Below, piece after piece: positions 38,301 through 52,683 of a DNA stretch of 64,000 bases (position 1 is its first letter; every line of letters begins with the position of its first letter). The notes beneath the pieces are model-generated. The model was not told the origin of the DNA. It worked only from the letters and a program-made list of their open reading frames with translations, and did no database searches. The translations under genes and the position numbers were made by a program. Source of the DNA: Nitrospirales bacterium. Its GTDB lineage: Bacteria; Nitrospirota; Nitrospiria; Nitrospirales; UBA8639. The DNA lies in contig CBDBCZ010000018.1 of assembly GCA_965203295.1 (NCBI GenBank), positions 2,592,001 through 2,656,000 on the forward strand. The letters run 5' to 3'.

Positions 38301-39818
38301 CACAGTTTACAGTACCTATAAAAATAGCACGAATATATTATGGACTATACATACTAACCATACAATAATGGACTAGTTATGGCTAGGTATCATCAATTAA
38401 TGCATGAAATTAAAATCACATTCCTGTGTTATGCAATACTTCATCAGCAACAATTCAATATCACAATACATAAGACATAAAAACATACCCAACAAGCTCC
38501 TTTAGTTCCTTCAATCGGTCAGTGTAGTTCATAACAGCTGTAAGATATGATAGATCACTTTATCTATTCTTTGGGCAACTTCTTAATACTACAGCCTTAT
38601 GATGTGTGTGTGTGTATACGTAGCATCGTTACCAGTCTCCACTCCCCACTTCTATGCACCTATAATAAATCTGTGTGGCTATACAACAGTAACAATAATA
38701 TCTCTGGAGCAAGCTTAGTCAGTTGCAAAAAAAGATAATGCTGCAGGAAAGTAGTAGCTACTACATAACTGCCAACACTAAGCTGACTCAAAAATGTAAA
38801 TAAATTGCACTGTGCATTCTTATTTTTATAGGGCTAGGGTTAGGATAAGGGTTAGAGTTCGGTTTGGGGCTAGGGTTAGATAGTGTTAGCACTGTGCAGT
38901 TCATAGATTTATACAATGGTAACAGATTATTTTTATGAAATAGCACTGATTCACAAAATGCGGCCAATACACGTACATGCCTATATATGTATGTAAATAT
39001 ACATACTAACCTGTACACATATACTCACTCGGACGTAATACGTATGCTGGATAATTAAATCGCAAGATACAACCTGGAGTGGAGCCGGTTTATCTAATAA
39101 TAAACTTGGTCATTGTACTATGAAGTACGAATACAGTAGTACGCACCATTCAGTAGATTCCACAATGATGGAAATTCCTACCTGTTCTGCAGTACGTGTA
39201 TTTCTTCACTCTGGGTCTCCATGTTATAGCAGCATGCCGTCTGCGTAGAACCTGCATTAATAGTGAGATTCACAATCAGTATTATACATATGGGCAAGTA
39301 CAGCTCTATGTTACGGTGAGCTGTATTGTAAAAGTGGAATTATGTACACCATTCTCCATATACTTGATCTGAAGTATAGGCCTAAAGAAATGTACATGAA
39401 ACCATCTATGATGAATCACACAATTCATGGTCAAGCAGATGCAATCCATTCCTATAATTGCACAGCTGTCGTGATGCCGCTTTAGTTTACCACTCCCACA
39501 AGCTGTTGTCCTGACATGCATACATACCCCGTCAGCTTGCGCACTACAGCGCTAGCTAGTAGTCTATAATGTGTTCAACCAGATACTTATGCCAGTATGC
39601 CACTCAAATAATCCCGGTCTCCTTCATTAAAAATGTGGCTTGGGGCTGGGAATATAGGATCTAAAAAAAACATAACCACATATCGACTCACGCAAAGACG
39701 CGAGGAGAGCACACTGCCTCTGGCATGGGACAAGTACGGTGTAGAGATGAACTGGGGGTGTGGCTGCCGATGTTGAGCCACACACACTCTAAGCTTTTAG
39801 CACGTGGTGCGGTGTCAG

Positions 39819-41689
39819 ATGGACCCCAGATCGAAGTTATTGACTTTCGAAGGCTGTACCTACTTTCGGCAGCGACTAGTACTATCTACACTCAGCTCTC
39901 GACCAGTGAGGATAGCTAGAGTACGAGGAGATGCAGATGAACCAGGACTAAGAGGTCTGAGTATATACACTGAAGGCAGTTTACCCACTAAATTTACTAC
40001 CCAAGGTTTCATACAACTGGGGGAAACTGTACGGGTGAGTGGGTGGGGGTAGTGAATAAATTGTCAAATTATAGTTGCCTAGAGGAATATTTTTTAATCA
40101 TCTGTGTCCAGTGATGTTGAAGAAATTATTCTAGGCTCAGGTCATTGTGGTGGTAGTCTTGCAGGCGAGACTCACTGAGCCTGAAGGTCGTTGCTTTAAT
40201 GTCTTGTGCAAGCCGTAATTTGCAAAAAGCTACTCTAATCTGCAGTACCTGCTCCGGCGATCATTTTGTGCAATTTTTGCAAAGCTTGCAGTTTGTATAC
40301 GTAATAGCATGGGTTGCTGTGCAATTTAGGATGAATTGCACAAGTAATGCAACCAGGAAGGAATCAATTGCACGAGGCAAAGCCGAGCGCTATTTACCTT
40401 CCTGGTTGCATTACGAGTGCAATTCGAAGTGAATAGTGCATTTGGAACAACATCTGAGTTGTAATAAATTTGGACAGGGTGTAACAGCAATCACACTTAT
40501 TTCGGAATACTTGATCAGTAGGTTCCTTGTTCATATATGAAGCCATCGAGATGGCAGGTTATGGCCTAGTGTACACTCCACTTTTGTGAGCTCTGCCAGC
40601 TGTTTAAGTAATCTGCCAAGAGAACGGTTTTTCAACACAAACACTATAGTCATCTTTGCTTCCGAACACTTTAGGACCGTTGCTTTAATATGCTAGGGAG
40701 CCTGTTGGTACTACATGTAGCTGCTAGTCAAATATGTGTAGCTTATACTCTGCACTGATGAGCTGATGTTTTCAGTATATAAGCCCACCATTTACACATG
40801 TAGTAAAGCTACATATAAAGAGCTTGCTCCTGTGGTTTTATTTGATCTACAGCGCTTGAAGCAGGACTTCTAGACAAACTCACAAATGGTTCCAGGTTTG
40901 AAGTCAATGAAACAGATAAGGTTGCTGGTATATAATAATTTTTGTGTGTTTGATCTGCTGTTATTATGGTCTCATGAACTTGCTAGAAGTAGCAATTGTA
41001 TTCCTTGTACCCAGCCCTCCCTGCATTTCTCACCTGCTATTTTTTTGATTGCAGGTGAAAAAGGCTTGGAGTACTGGGTGCGAGTTAATGTTTTCTGTTG
41101 CAATCAATTCAAATATCTACCTTATCTTGCTTATATATATGTTCATGAAGTCATTCTTACTGGGGTCACAAACATCTTCATACTGTAGGTAATAGTGTGT
41201 TCTACCATCCTGGATTACTAGTGGGAGGGAAATTGTAGTATGACTGCCGCTGTCAGCGATCGATTGGGTACCTCTTGGAGCCTCTGATGATGCTGGCTCC
41301 TTTTGCGAAATCTTCTGTTTGTGTCACACTTAGAGGTTAGGCTAACCAGTGGACCAGATGATCCATCAGTGAGTACATACATGCTGTACATGTTATACCT
41401 CCTCCTCAAACAGCTTGTAATTAAGTATAGTGTCGGGGTCCACACGAGGAACTGAGAGAAGCTATGAGTCCTCTGGTGTTACCAGAAAGTAACCTGAATC
41501 ACACTTGAGAGCCTGCATGTATGGCCAGCCTCTCTGCCCGGAATATACATGTGCCAAGGGCCTCTCATCAGTGGCACACACTTGATTTCTATACCTACGT
41601 ATACATGTATTTCACAGGTGGACTACTACCGGATGTGTGTCCTACCACTCTTGAAGAAAATCCTACCAGTTGGTGAAGTTGAGCTGAAG
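39819..41689 (+). pseudogene. RCL1: Unprocessed, truncated RCL1 (RNA 3'-terminal phosphate cyclase-like) pseudogene, exons 1-4
   Basis: Exons 39819-39954 (FEGCTYFRQRLVLSTLSSRPVRI...PGLR), 40853-40915 (LLDKLTNGSRFEVNET; donor AT instead of GT), 41189-41368 (YHPGLLVGG...RSIGYLLEPLMMLAPF; in-frame TAG at 41236 and a +1 frameshift near 41337), 41618-41689 (VDYYRMCVLPLLKK..ELK). Later exons not found. Confidence 0.9.
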
Positions 41690-42396
41690 GTACTACTTAC
41701 ATGTACATTAGATATTTATGACTATAGTGCATGTCCTGTGAGCTGTTTGGAAGATTGTGTATTATTGAACTACTTATGAAGTAGGTGTATATGGTGGGCA
41801 AGCAGAGATGCAGGTAATGAATCACTACTTGGGCATGCATGGTGCAATATAGAGTTTTCATTGACATCATCCGCATGTAGAAACTGTTACCAGGGCGTCA
41901 TTTTGGTGGGCAGTAAAAGTACATAGCCATACTCATAAACACCGGAAGTTACTCTCGTACTCGTAGTCTAGATGGCAGATCCACTCAATTTATCCCTCCT
42001 GAAACTTCCTCACAGCGATAGTGGAGATACTGAATGCGTAAGTTCCCAGCAGCTCTTGTTTCTGAGATCACTGTTTGACATGCCAATCTAGTCGTACTTT
42101 GAGCAAAAGTGGGCATAAACGGAACGTGACACGGATATACTTCTGGAGCATGTGTTCTGTGACGACACGTGAAAACTCTCTATTATGGCAGCAGTCGCAG
42201 CTGCATGCTCACTAAAAATGGATAATGATGTGAAAACCAAAATGTGAATAACTTTTCACTTTTAGTTTGAAGCCCGTTGGTCCAAAAGATCTCATCTTAG
42301 AATACATGTACATGTACGTGTATGTGTCATGCTACAAAGAAATTTAAGTACATGCCTATACTGAAAAAGAGCAGAATCCATAAGAAGCAGAAAGAA

Positions 42397-44262
42397 TATA
42401 AGATTTTGAAGAACAGAGGTACGCATGTACATACGTATATACCAGTATCCAGTACTTATTTTTACGTAATTACACCCACAATGAAAAATTACCATGAGAA
42501 TTTATTCTGGTGTAAGGGAAGCATGCTATTATTATTCTCCAATTAATGTTACATGCAAATATGTAGCAGCCTGTTCACGTACATATTTCATACTAGGAAC
42601 AGTTGAGATGTATACATATCTGCTGACAGCCATCACTACTAGCTCACCTAGTGTTGCATTCAGAGTCAGTGGCTAAATCTGCATTCTTTACACTTATTAA
42701 AACAGTTGATTATGCTTCATATCAGTTCTTTCTTAGCTGTATTCTCTTTCTATATCCACACTTGAATACTCAGGGCAAAAAGTATCAAGAACACTGCGCA
42801 GATCAACAAGGACATGTCACAGAAAGCATTGCTGTCAGCCTATCAGCAAGAGATGACAAAGTTGAAGCAACAACCTGAACACAGGTTCATACTGTTAGTA
42901 CGATATTACCCACCTCAACAGCTAGAACACGTGTACAAACATACTAGCTATTTGCGATAATTGAGATACAGCTTACATCTACATATTGCTTCTATAGGGA
43001 GAATACTTTGGGTCATGAAGAAATTGAGAGGCTTGTAAGAGAAAGGGAGGAAGCTCAAAAGGAAAAAAATGAGAAGGGTGGAATTGAGACAAGTCTGCCG
43101 TGCTGATTCTACTGCTGTTGAAACGATTCTCCCAATACCTCTCCTTCATAGGCAGCAGTTCTGGAGGCCCACCAACAGCTAATGAGTCAAGCTCAAGCTG
43201 AGAGAGATGCCTTGTATGGCAAGATAGCAGACCTGGAAAAAGTGGTATGTAAAAGCCATTTGTGAATGATGTATGTAGAGAAGTAACATACGTATGTGTG
43301 ATATGTACATATGCATGTTTTTGCTAGATTACAGCTGATCATGTTAGATGTATACGTATACTACCAGCAACCAACTGCAGAGTTTTCACGAACCATTTAC
43401 TAGCCTGGTAGACTAATTGAGTCAACTCTTACCCATGCAGTTTGGATACAGAATAATATAGCAATTGTCTTCTTAAAATTTCAGCTTCTTCATGGTGGCA
43501 GCTAGTAGAGACATTAGTGAGTCTGAAGTGTTCCAAAAAGCTGTCCAAATGGTGAGACTTGTAAATGATTATATTACATTTGAACTTATTTCCCTTTCCT
43601 TTGCTGCTACTAGGCAAAAGATCGGATTAGACATGAATCTGAATCTGAGTCACAGTTAGAGCGCAGTCTTGCTGAATTGGAAGCTGAAAAGAAAGGTTAT
43701 CTTACATTGTACTGTTACCCAAATACCTTGCAAATCTGTACATACAGGGGATGATAGTATTTCGCAGGGCCTGAGATTGTTCTTGACATTAACATTATAA
43801 AGCTGTCCACTGCAAATCTTTGTAAAGGTTCAACCCCACCACTTGCTATGTACATACATAGCACATGAAAGATTGATATAATCATGAGTTGTCATTAATT
43901 GCACATGCACTAAACTAGTCTATCCCAAGAATTATATGATAAACACCTACAACAACTCCATTAATAACCAGTAGCACTTAAATTTATGTATCGTAGTATA
44001 ATAGAGAATGTGGAGCAGATTACAATACAATCACACATCACTCTACATATTTCACTGTACATTCACAAAGGCTGCAAGATGAGTGTGGAGAGGTGGAGAA
44101 AGAGAGGGAGTACTTTACCAAGCTAAGGGAAGAATTGCGGCCTGGAGATGGACAGAAGGTGGAGTGCATGGTGCAGACTCACAATACTAAATCAACTGAC
44201 TAAACTAGAGCTGGCATGGGCCAAAGAAATTGGGTACAATTTTTTTTTGCGGCCAGCATACC
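42397..44262 (+). pseudogene. Kinesin gene fragment, copy 2 (inverted duplicate of 33423-35325)
   Basis: Exon 42774-42884 AKSIKNTAQINKDMSQKALLSAYQQEMTKLKQQ; downstream exons AAVLEAHQQLMSQAQAERDALYGKIADLEKV and others; an extra A near 43065 breaks the frame relative to copy 1. Confidence 0.7.
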
Positions 44263-46919
44263 CAGGTGAAAAAAGACTTTTACCACAATAAATCTTATAG
44301 TAAAGGAAAAACATATGGAGGGATGGAAAAAGACCATTTCGACCAACTATTAAGTTAATAACAGCACAGTTCTTAGCTAATCATATGTACAGATGATAAA
44401 TAAACGGTAACCTTTTGCTCATACTAAAATCACAAACCTTACAATTTGAGTCCAGCTCTTGGCTTTAACTCCGCAGATCCAAGCCCTTCTCAGGTAGCAC
44501 AAGCCCTCAACAAGTACAGATAGAACTACCATGAACTATGGAAATTTTTGGTCAGCTTTGCCAGCAGCTGTGATATTGCTACCAGCTGTACTACTGTAAA
44601 GCTCCCGCTGCAGCACTCTGGTAACCAATCACAGCCTAACCAACATGGCTAGCACCAGCGCTGGAACGACTACAATGCCTAACATGGGAACACACCATTC
44701 ATTGCATTCAAATGATAGAAAATACAATGATACCGGTATATATTGTCAAAGTATGATAGCATTATCTGTATACATGTACCGTCATAACTACTGTTGCATT
44801 GTATGTGTAGGCACATACTCAGACTGTATGTGCATACATATACGTACGTAATATACCCTCTACTTCAAGGATTCTGCAAAGTTAAACAGTGTAATAGTAA
44901 GTATCCTAATCAGCCAATTCACGACATTCAACATTGGGGTTTACAGGAACACCTACGTTCTTTTCTCTTAATTTCACTGTGCATATCAATACTGTGTTTC
45001 CGCAAATAGACGCTGCCCTTCATTAGTAGCCACCGCTATTTTGCCTTCATAAGGTAGCGATCCAGCTCTGAAGACTGTGTGATTGAATATGATCTGAACA
45101 TCTAGCTGTTTTGGAAGTACGTACATGCTCTTCCAGTTCCTCTATATTCAAGTCTCCCTTCCATGTTTTTTTTTGTCTGAAACAGAGACTGCAGGGAGTG
45201 GACACTGCATCTGTGCCAAAATGTCTCATCTGTTGTTATGTTAACTACAATTGTACTTCAGAATGTAGGCATGTCTGTACTGTTGCTGGGTTTCTGTCTC
45301 ACAGATCTTCATGTCCCTCTTCCTGCAGGCTATAGTTTACAAAGCTTTTGAGGCCGGAGGAGTGAGCCCCCTTAGCGCTTATTCACTGCACACCCATAAT
45401 ATTCATCTGGTCAGTGAGTTGTACGTATACCGGTATGTACATTCATGGTATTAACACTTGAGTAGCTGTGTTTAAACAGGAGTGCACTGGTTAGATGTAT
45501 ACATATTTATGTAATCATCATCATCATCAGGTAAGTACATTCCTGTTTACTTCTTTTTTCTCAATCTGGTAATTTTTTTGTCAGGGCAGCTATAGAATTA
45601 ACCGCATCATTGTAGGGCATGTGTATAGTATGTGTATGCTCCATTTTGTAAGAAGATATGTGCAGACTCACAGTAATACATTTACAAACACCATTAAATA
45701 CATACTGTAGTTAAATTGATAAGCTGAACAGTGAGTTAGTTTTAAAACGGCTACGTTTCAGTTCACTTAAAGTTGCTATCAATATCAATCTAATGGAGAG
45801 CTCATCTGCTTCACGTTCCCTAGCAGTGTTCGACCAGTCCTCGAGGACCCATACTTAGTAGATTAGATTGCAAACCATTCATTTACTTGTAGCACCTTGT
45901 ATTATACACGTAGCTAACTATTCTCACTTGTCATGCTATTGTCACTCAACCTGACGATGCACAGTAGCCTTCCTCATATAGTATGCACGTACAATTTCTC
46001 ACTCTGATGTTCACTCTCTTTTTTGCCTAGACCCTGTTCATCATTCTCCTTGGATCCAAGCCTTGTAGGCTCGCAGCGGAGCCTCTATGAAAATCACCGA
46101 TGCTCTCTAGTGAGTGCCAGTGAATACTCAGGGTCAGTGTAGTATAGGGTACACAGGCTGCCCCTACATTGCTTTGGATGTGAATTGCAGTTAAAAACTG
46201 AACAGCGGAGTAGCAGTTTGTGATAAGATTGCATTTGGGAGTTCAAAAGTACCATTGAATGGTCTTCCTATGCCCTAACCAAAGAATGTTTTCCAGAAAT
46301 GATAGATTGCAATCTTTCACTTTCCTACCCACAAATTTTGTAGTTGGGGCTTCTCCACAGTATTCTCCACAGCATCCCTGGAGTGTATAGCTTCATTACA
46401 AATTTCAGAGGATTTACTGGAGCATTTTGGGCTGTCTATTCTTCAACCATCACAGCTTCATGTTACTGCTATCTATGGTAGGTTACATGAAAATACAATG
46501 TATCATATGTACATTGATGTTTGCATGATGAAGGTTGCATTGAGAGAGGGTTATTTTATATGAAACATGCCACGCTCGAACGGTAAGCACTAAGTAGAGT
46601 AATGAAGTACACGTAACTCTCTCCCTGCTATGGGATACACATACATACGTATGCGCCCGTATAATATAGGGGAAAGTATGTACTGTATATATCTTGACAT
46701 CTAATATATAAAATGCATCAACATTGTCATTGAAATGTTAAGCTTCTGTGTAGACATCAAGCACGCTGTGTATGCCAGGCAGTTTTGCGCGATGAACCTA
46801 TATTATAATAGCCCCATACCTGCATGCTGGATTGCAGCTATGTAATTTACCTGAGTCTCTAACGTGCAGCAGGTCATCTACATCAAGTAGTTAATCCTTT
46901 TAAATTTGGTCCACCTGGA

Positions 46920-48140
46920 GCCAGATTTCGGAACAAGAACATGTGCCTGTATCAACCTCTTTAGAAAATACCGTAATAACACTCTTTTTATGTTAGATTT
47001 CAACCTCCATTTATTACAAAACCCCTGTACTACATTAATCAATGTTTGTAAGTCCTCAGCATTAGGAGTTAAACCTACAAAATCATCGGCAAACATTAGA
47101 CCCCCAACCTGAACATCCTTCTTAATATTAAATCCAATCACAGCCTTCTCAACCTCATCTAACAACTGATTAATAGAGTTAAATAAGATAGGTGACATAC
47201 TACAAATCTGTGCCACCCCCTGACCTATATCAGATATTTCTCTCTTCAGTAAAACAGCACTCTGTGTGATCATGTAAACTCTGTCAAGTACTTCTGAACA
47301 TTTAAAAAAAAAGCTTAAGTGTTCCTCATTCTATCTGGTATGATTTCATTGAGAGCAAAGATGCCATCAACATGACTCATTTTCTCTCTAAATCTTCATA
47401 AAGAGCTCTTTCTTTTTCTAATGTGATTACTATGCGATTGTTTAGAACAATTTTCCTCCCACATTCAATAATGTAATGCCTCTGTAATTACCCGGGCCCT
47501 CAGTATCACCTTTCTTATACAAGCTAAAAATTAACACTTGTCCTCTTTGTTTTGGAACAGTCTCCACTGTACAAACTACTTCAGATTAGACTTTCAACAG
47601 ACTAATGACAAGCCGATCATTACCTCCTGCATTATTATTCTTTAAGGTTTTAGTTAAATTTCTGCAAAACTAATTCCACTGTCCAAAACCTTAACCTTCC
47701 GTAATCGAGACATATATTATTCTGTCACTTTCTGCCCTACATACTCTTTCCAGCTACCATCAAACTGAACATCTGCAGATGCTGTAGACAGTCTTTAATA
47801 ATGCTCACATAATACTCCCTTGGTACTGGTTACACATGAACCCTCAAATAAGCAATATACCCTTTATACCCTTTGAAGATTCTGCCAACAAATGCCCAAG
47901 AACTCTTTCCTGTTTTCATGAAAATCTTTATTAGCCTTTTCAATCACTTCATTTCAACTATCTATACCAATTCCTTGATTTCCGAACATAGTTTGTAACA
48001 CTCTCCCCATTTATCTTCCCTGCTAATACTAATCTCCTTGTAAACCAGTCTCCTTATCATAATCTTCTCCTTAATCTCACCGTTCCACCACCTCACCGCT
48101 TTGCCACACATTATCGCCTTTTCTCCGATTTCCCTACCAT
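46920..48140 (-). mobile_element. Degenerate LINE reverse transcriptase remnant
   Basis: GVAQICSMSPILF, GGLMFADDFVG, FCNKWRLKSN, upstream GNYRGITL and WWNGEIKEKI; many frameshifts. Confidence 0.8.
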
Positions 48141-49551
48141 CACAGATAAGCAGTAATTAATGCAACTGTTAGCTATGTCCTGTCTCTGGCACATTTTTAT
48201 GTAATGCATACCTAACTTTTAAATTGTATATTTGTGGGGGGGGGGGGGGAATCAAAAGTAGATAACTAGTCTTTGTCGTCTTGAAGACACGAGACTGTCA
48301 TTATTTTCAGTATAAGTCCATAAAGATCAGTGTTTCCTTTGAAAATACTGCTGCACAGCTTTGGAGGAAAGTTAAAAATACATATAAAATTGGTTTTGTA
48401 CATTTCATTGATTGGATAAAGTAATAGTACATCTGTGTAGTTTGAGCAGTGGTTGAAAGTTTTGTTCCCTTGGTTCAATAGTTGTTGGGTTCATGGTTCG
48501 AAAATCAGGCTCTATCTGCACAAATTCTATTGCTGGTTAGGCCACACGTTTCTGAAGATATTTCAAAGAGGAGTAAAGGCATGAATGGCTGCAATCATGT
48601 ACAGATAGAGAGCAGGACCAATAAGGATTTACTGCTTATGTACCTCATTGTGTTAAGCAAGCATAAAAGTCTCTGGAATGAACAGTGACTATGGTGACAG
48701 CTAGTGCATTAGGTCTCTGCGATATGTGGCATGCATATAGAGCTTGTAATAGAGTCTTGAGCTGATCCGATTCACTTGGTAGAGACAATGATGGCCAAGT
48801 GTTCATGTTATTCTTCGTAACATCACCGGCTTCATACACTGTTTTACCACCCAGGGTAGGAAGCCAGAAGGCAAAGTTACGTCAGAAAAGTACCAGGCTG
48901 TACAAGAAGAGAGTAAGTCACAGTGTTACTGCATGAGCCTGTCAGTGCTTTCAAAAACAATAATCATCGATCCTGCTAATACTGCATAAGTTGTTTTATA
49001 CATACTGAGCTCTGGCATTCAGATTCTACAAATAGGCTATGCATGCGTATTAGAGTGTACTAGTCAGATTTGTACCGAGGCGTTATTGGCTCTATTATAT
49101 TGTTTCTGTAACTGCATCTACAAGGGTGATTACAATGTCATGTTGACTATTGTATAATGTTTATACTGCCGTGCAGGTAGTGAGTTCACACACATCACAA
49201 GCAGTGGCTGGAGCTCAACAGTATCCGAGCACCCAAATGAAAATTTACAAGCTCTACCGGAGAGTGCATCAGTGGTGATTTCAAATGCAGATACCTTGGA
49301 CAACAGTATAAAGATTGATTTAGAAGCAGGAAGTCAAGATTCAAGTGGACGAGACTTTCTCTTCGTGACTATTTACATGTGATGAAGCTGTCGTCACACG
49401 TTGAACTGTTCTTTTTTTATTTCATGTGAGTATGCCACATTTGTGCTGCATATACTTGCATGACATTGTAGAAGTCTTATTTCAGATTTTGTACAATGTT
49501 TATCCTGCATGCTATTGCTGATAATTATTGTATTATTATTTTATTACTCCT

Positions 49552-50587
49552 TTTGGGGCGAGCGTGAATTACTATTTTTTTTGTATCACTCCTTTTATGG
49601 CGAGTTTTTATTTATTTTTTTATACTATATACTCTTTTTGGGACGAGCGTGATTATTTCTTTTGTATTACTACATGTAGTAATTTCCCTCTTGAAACGAG
49701 CGCGAGCGAGCCCCCCCCCCCCCCCCCCCCCGTCCGTGCGCGTGGACTATTCCGTAAAAGCGTTAGCATGCCTATTTCAAATACTGTTGTCACGCGTTTC
49801 AACTGCTTTACTCTTTTAATCCTCTGTAACATGAGTGTGCACTCTGGAGAGAGAGAATGAGTGACTTGGGTAGACAGCGCTGCAAAGGTGGAGTGCGGCC
49901 GAAACCCCTGTGGAGAAGACAGAAGGCTACAGAACGAGCGAGCACGGCGAAGGCGGAGACTGTTGGGTGAGTCAGCTGAACGCGGCTAAGGAGGCCAACG
50001 ATCGAACGAACGCTTACATGTACGCAGGCGAAAACGCAGGGCAGCAGCGCAAGGGCAGAGGATGATGACTGAGTCCCGCGATGCCATGAACATTGGTAGC
50101 TGAAGGAGAAAGTGGCATGTCTCCTGTGCAGAGTAGTCCCTCTCTGCAGTGGTGTTAAACGTTTATCATGCTGGAGCTATCAGAAGTAATCTGCAATGTG
50201 ACACTGTGCCTATTGTATATACATAATGAACTAACCTGGATTCAAACATGAGATCATAGAAGAAATTGTGTGTTCGTGATACGCCAGACCGTATTAGCCA
50301 ATCTTAACTTGTCGACATTGCACATGCAAGATGAAGACGTCACTGAAACTTCCCTCCTATCTGCCCCTCCGTTTACTTTGACGTACAGCCTCACTGGCAT
50401 TCACAGGCATTAAGTACAAACCACACTTCTCAACTATATCCCTCCATATAACAATGATGATCATATCAAAGTCAGTTATGCATGATGAACTCGCTTATAC
50501 GCTCGCCCCACAGTGCTCTGCATCATAGATAATAGAGATAGATAATAGATGATAATACTCTATTATCTATGTCTGCATTCACCTAGT
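49552..50587 (+). mobile_element. HINE/Helentron-like element
   Basis: 5' TTTGGGGCGAGCGT, 3' CGCTCGCCCCACAGTGC...TTCACCTAGT; a similar 3' end at ~21925-21958. Confidence 0.7.
50524..50571. mobile_element. P-element-like TIR-only remnant (48 bp, 7-bp TSD TCTGCAT)
   Basis: CATAGATAATAGAG + TIR-derived filler + CTCTATTATCTATG between two TCTGCAT copies. Confidence 0.8.
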
Positions 50588-51439
50588 AGATAATATCTAT
50601 GCGCCCACACAGTTCTGAATACTGTGCGTATGCGTACAGGTACAGGTCTAGACAGCCCCACCCCCATTCATTCACAATGAATGCGTTTGTGCGCCGTCAT
50701 GGACAAAGCCTCGCTGAAGCGTCGGGAATCTTCGTCAGGGAGGGGTGGAGAGAATTTCAAACTTGCTGGCCACTCATACAACGGGAGAATAAAGCTATCT
50801 CAGGCCATGTAAGATTGTACTCGCTAATATGTACCCGTTCTGTACTGTAATTTGGTCAGCCAGGGTACGTAGCTAGCCCCCGTACAGTCTGGCTCGCGAG
50901 ATTAGCTCCCGTGTCGGTACAGAGGTTTGCAAAAGCTTGCAAGTGACTGTGCAGAGTAGAAACCAGAAAGCTTGCCCTGCTCAGTAATGAGCCTTTCACC
51001 TGTAGCGTTAGAGTAAGCTTAGGCCTTGTATTTTTTCGAGTGCAAACCTCTGTAGACCTACAAAATAAAGTAGCTAGTCTTTGACACATTTTTTGCTGTT
51101 AGACGTTAAGTGATAGCCATTGACATTGAAAGTCTTTGACATAAAGTCTTGCACTGTAAATTAGATTCCCTGACCATAGTAGAGTAGAATAGTAGTATAC
51201 AAATAGTACAAAATGTGCAATATTATGTGTTAATTGAGTTTCCAATCCCTGTCCTTCTACTCTACTGTCTATGCCCTGATAATGTTTGGTGGGGGTCTCT
51301 ATCACAACTGCTATAACATAGTGTAACAGTTATTGCCTTGTACAACTAACTGTGGTTGCTAAGTATGCATATGTATCTATAGCATCATGTAAACCTATTT
51401 CTTCCATGTAATAAAGAGCACAATTAAGGCAGCAACCAT

Positions 51440-51845
51440 TACCAAACAGTCAAGGAAAAGGCCTTCACAGATCGGAATCGATGATTTTGGAGGTGCCAAA
51501 AACATCGAGTGTTATGAAAGAAAGGTGAGCTTAGCACTCCACTGTTTCTTACAGTGTTTAAGTGCTTGAAGGGCATCGCACTTTGCACATCTACCCAGCC
51601 GTTCAGTTGTGGGGGTGATTTGAAACTTGCAGACAAGGCAAGCTAAAAACGTGTCTAGTGACAGAACAGCTGCAACCTCGACACCAGTTAGCGGCCACCA
51701 ATTTATGCGAGCCACGGTCACAGGATGTGTATGCTGCTGTTGTGAATGATGATGACAAGTCGTTGAAGGCAGTTCAGAAGCTACTGATAAACACGACTGC
51801 AGAGAGGGACTACTCTGCACAGGAGACATGCCATCTTCTCCTCAA
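51440..51845. mobile_element. Helitron/Helentron coding remnants: RepHel fragment (+) and Cys-rich RPA/OB-fold-like fragment (-)
   Basis: + strand EPRSQ...LKAVQKLLINTTAERDYSAQETCHLLL (RD.SAQE motif of RepHel proteins); - strand CLVCKFQI...GRCAKCDALQALKHC (RPA-like zinc finger, inference). Confidence 0.65.
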
Positions 51846-52520
51846 TGTTCAAGGCATCGCGGGACTTCATCATTCTCTGCCCTTGCGCTGCTGCCCTGCG
51901 TTCTCGCCTGCGTACATGTAAGCGTTCGTTCAATCGTTAGCCTCCCTAGCCGCGTTCAGCCGACTCACCAACAGTCTCCGCCTTCGCCGTGCTCGCTCGT
52001 TCTGTAGCCTTCTGTCCTTCTCCACAGGGGTTTCGGCCGCACTCCTTTGTAGCGCTGTCTGCACAAGTCACTCATTCTCTCTCCAGAGTGCACGCTCATG
52101 TTGCAGAGGATTATAAGAGTAAAGCAGTGGAAACACGTGACAACAGTATTTGAAATAGGCATGCTAACGTTTTTACGGAATAGTCCACGCGCACGGACGG
52201 GGGGTGGGGGCTCGCTCGCGCTCGTTTCAAAAGGGAAATTACTACATGTAGTAATACAAAAGAAATAATCACGCACTCCTTTCTCTGTAGCGCTGTCTGC
52301 GCCGTTCCACTGTCCGCTGTCTACACAAGTCACTCATTCTCTCTCTCCAGAGTGCACGCTCATGTTGCAGAAGATTATAAGAATAAAGCAGTTGAAACGC
52401 GTGACAACAGTATTTAAAATAGGCATGCTAACGTTTTTACGGAATAGTCCATGCGCACGGACGCGCACGCACGCACAGGTCTACACTAAGGGGGTGTCGC
52501 TCACGCTCGCCCCAAAAGGA

Positions 52521-52683
<163 letters not shown>

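Noticed and set aside
38830..38880. Telomere-like TTAGGG repeats (also ~60195-60305)
   Set aside because: Short and degenerate; more likely internal to small repeats than telomeric.
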